This document shows, in pieces, positions 63,181 to 64,000 of a stretch of 64,000 bases of DNA; the first letter of the stretch is position 1; every line of letters starts with the position of its first letter. The position numbers were made by a program, and so were the translations under genes. The notes beneath the pieces are model-generated. The model did no database searches. It was not told the origin of the DNA and was given only the letters and a program-made list of their open reading frames with translations. Source of the stretch: Chiloscyllium plagiosum (lineage: Eukaryota); NCBI RefSeq assembly GCF_004010195.1, contig NC_057719.1:23732313-23796312 (forward strand), written 5' to 3'.

Positions 63181-63714
63181 TGTGTTAAGATCAAATGCTA
63201 GGCTCCTATACAAGTGGCATGGTTAAGATGAAAAATCTGGTGGAATTGGAGTTGTGTTTGCAAAACATACTCTTGAAAGGCTTGTGCTGTTTCATCACAT
63301 GATATGAAACCAGACAATACACATCCCAATTTCTGGGTTGTTGTGTCACAACTGACATAATTAGCAGAACATGTCTATTCCACAAGTCAATGAGGTGGAA
63401 AGCAGGAAAAATGGGTGCAAGGATAGCCTGAAAATGTTTCTAACAATCTGCAATTAAGGTTTTCAAGATTGTTCCCATAGCTCCTTCTGTGTTTACCAAC
63501 CCATATTTAATCATCAGAATATGAATAAACACTGTGTACATGGGATCAATCAAAAAATGCCAGTTGCAAAATCATGTATTTCATTATTAAATCACAAAGA
63601 TCCTGCCAGTTTTCCCTTTAGTTGCATTCAATTTACAGCTGATTGCAAAGTAAGACTGATCCCTTTTGAAATCATATGAAGAGTAGTCAGTAAACTTATA
63701 ATTTCGTAGGTAAG

Positions 63715-64000
63715 ATAGAGTCATAGTCATAGAGATGTACAGCACGGAAACAGACCCTTTGGTCCAACCTGTCCATGCCAACTAAATATCCCAACCCAAT
63801 ATAATCCCACCTGCCAGCACCTGGCCCATATCCCTCCAAACCCTTCCTATTCATATACCCATCCAAATGCCTCTTAAATGTTGGAATTCTACCAGCCTCC
63901 ACCACTTCCTCTGGCAGCTTATTCCATACCTCTGTGTGACAAAGTTGCCCCTTAGGTCTCTTTTATATCTTTCCCCTCTCACCCTAAACCTATGCCCTCT
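63715..64000 (-). mobile_element. CR1 3' end, continuing past the window edge
   Basis: FKRHLDGYMNRKGLEGYGP; (ctatga)n tail. Confidence 0.93.

Overview
Vertebrate genomic DNA, almost certainly a shark or other elasmobranch (inferred from HE1/V-SINEs, Deu-domain SINEs and abundant CR1 LINEs). It is AT-rich and repeat-dense, with a 752-N assembly gap at 44836-45587. I could not identify any intact host protein-coding gene. Most of the window is nested, mostly 5'-truncated CR1/L2-type LINEs, at least three SINE families, two probable solo LTRs, a Tigger/pogo-type DNA transposon remnant carrying a 42-bp minisatellite, and about eleven Penelope-like element (PLE) insertions. The main structural signal is that the PLE terminal repeats contain a minimal hammerhead ribozyme motif (CUGANGA-stem II-GAAAC-GUC). 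Across copies it varies at N7 and loop II, and its core is repeatedly hit by CpG decay. Many of these insertions are short or long fold-back (palindromic) units flanked by 11-17 bp target-site duplications (TSDs). Also notable: an exact templated duplication/inversion/SINE-capture junction at 7130-7431, and several splice-bounded, coding-like but stop-ridden islands on the minus strand that may be a decayed, unidentified multi-exon gene. Repeat boundaries are approximate unless a TSD is quoted, and family names come from motif recognition, not database searches.
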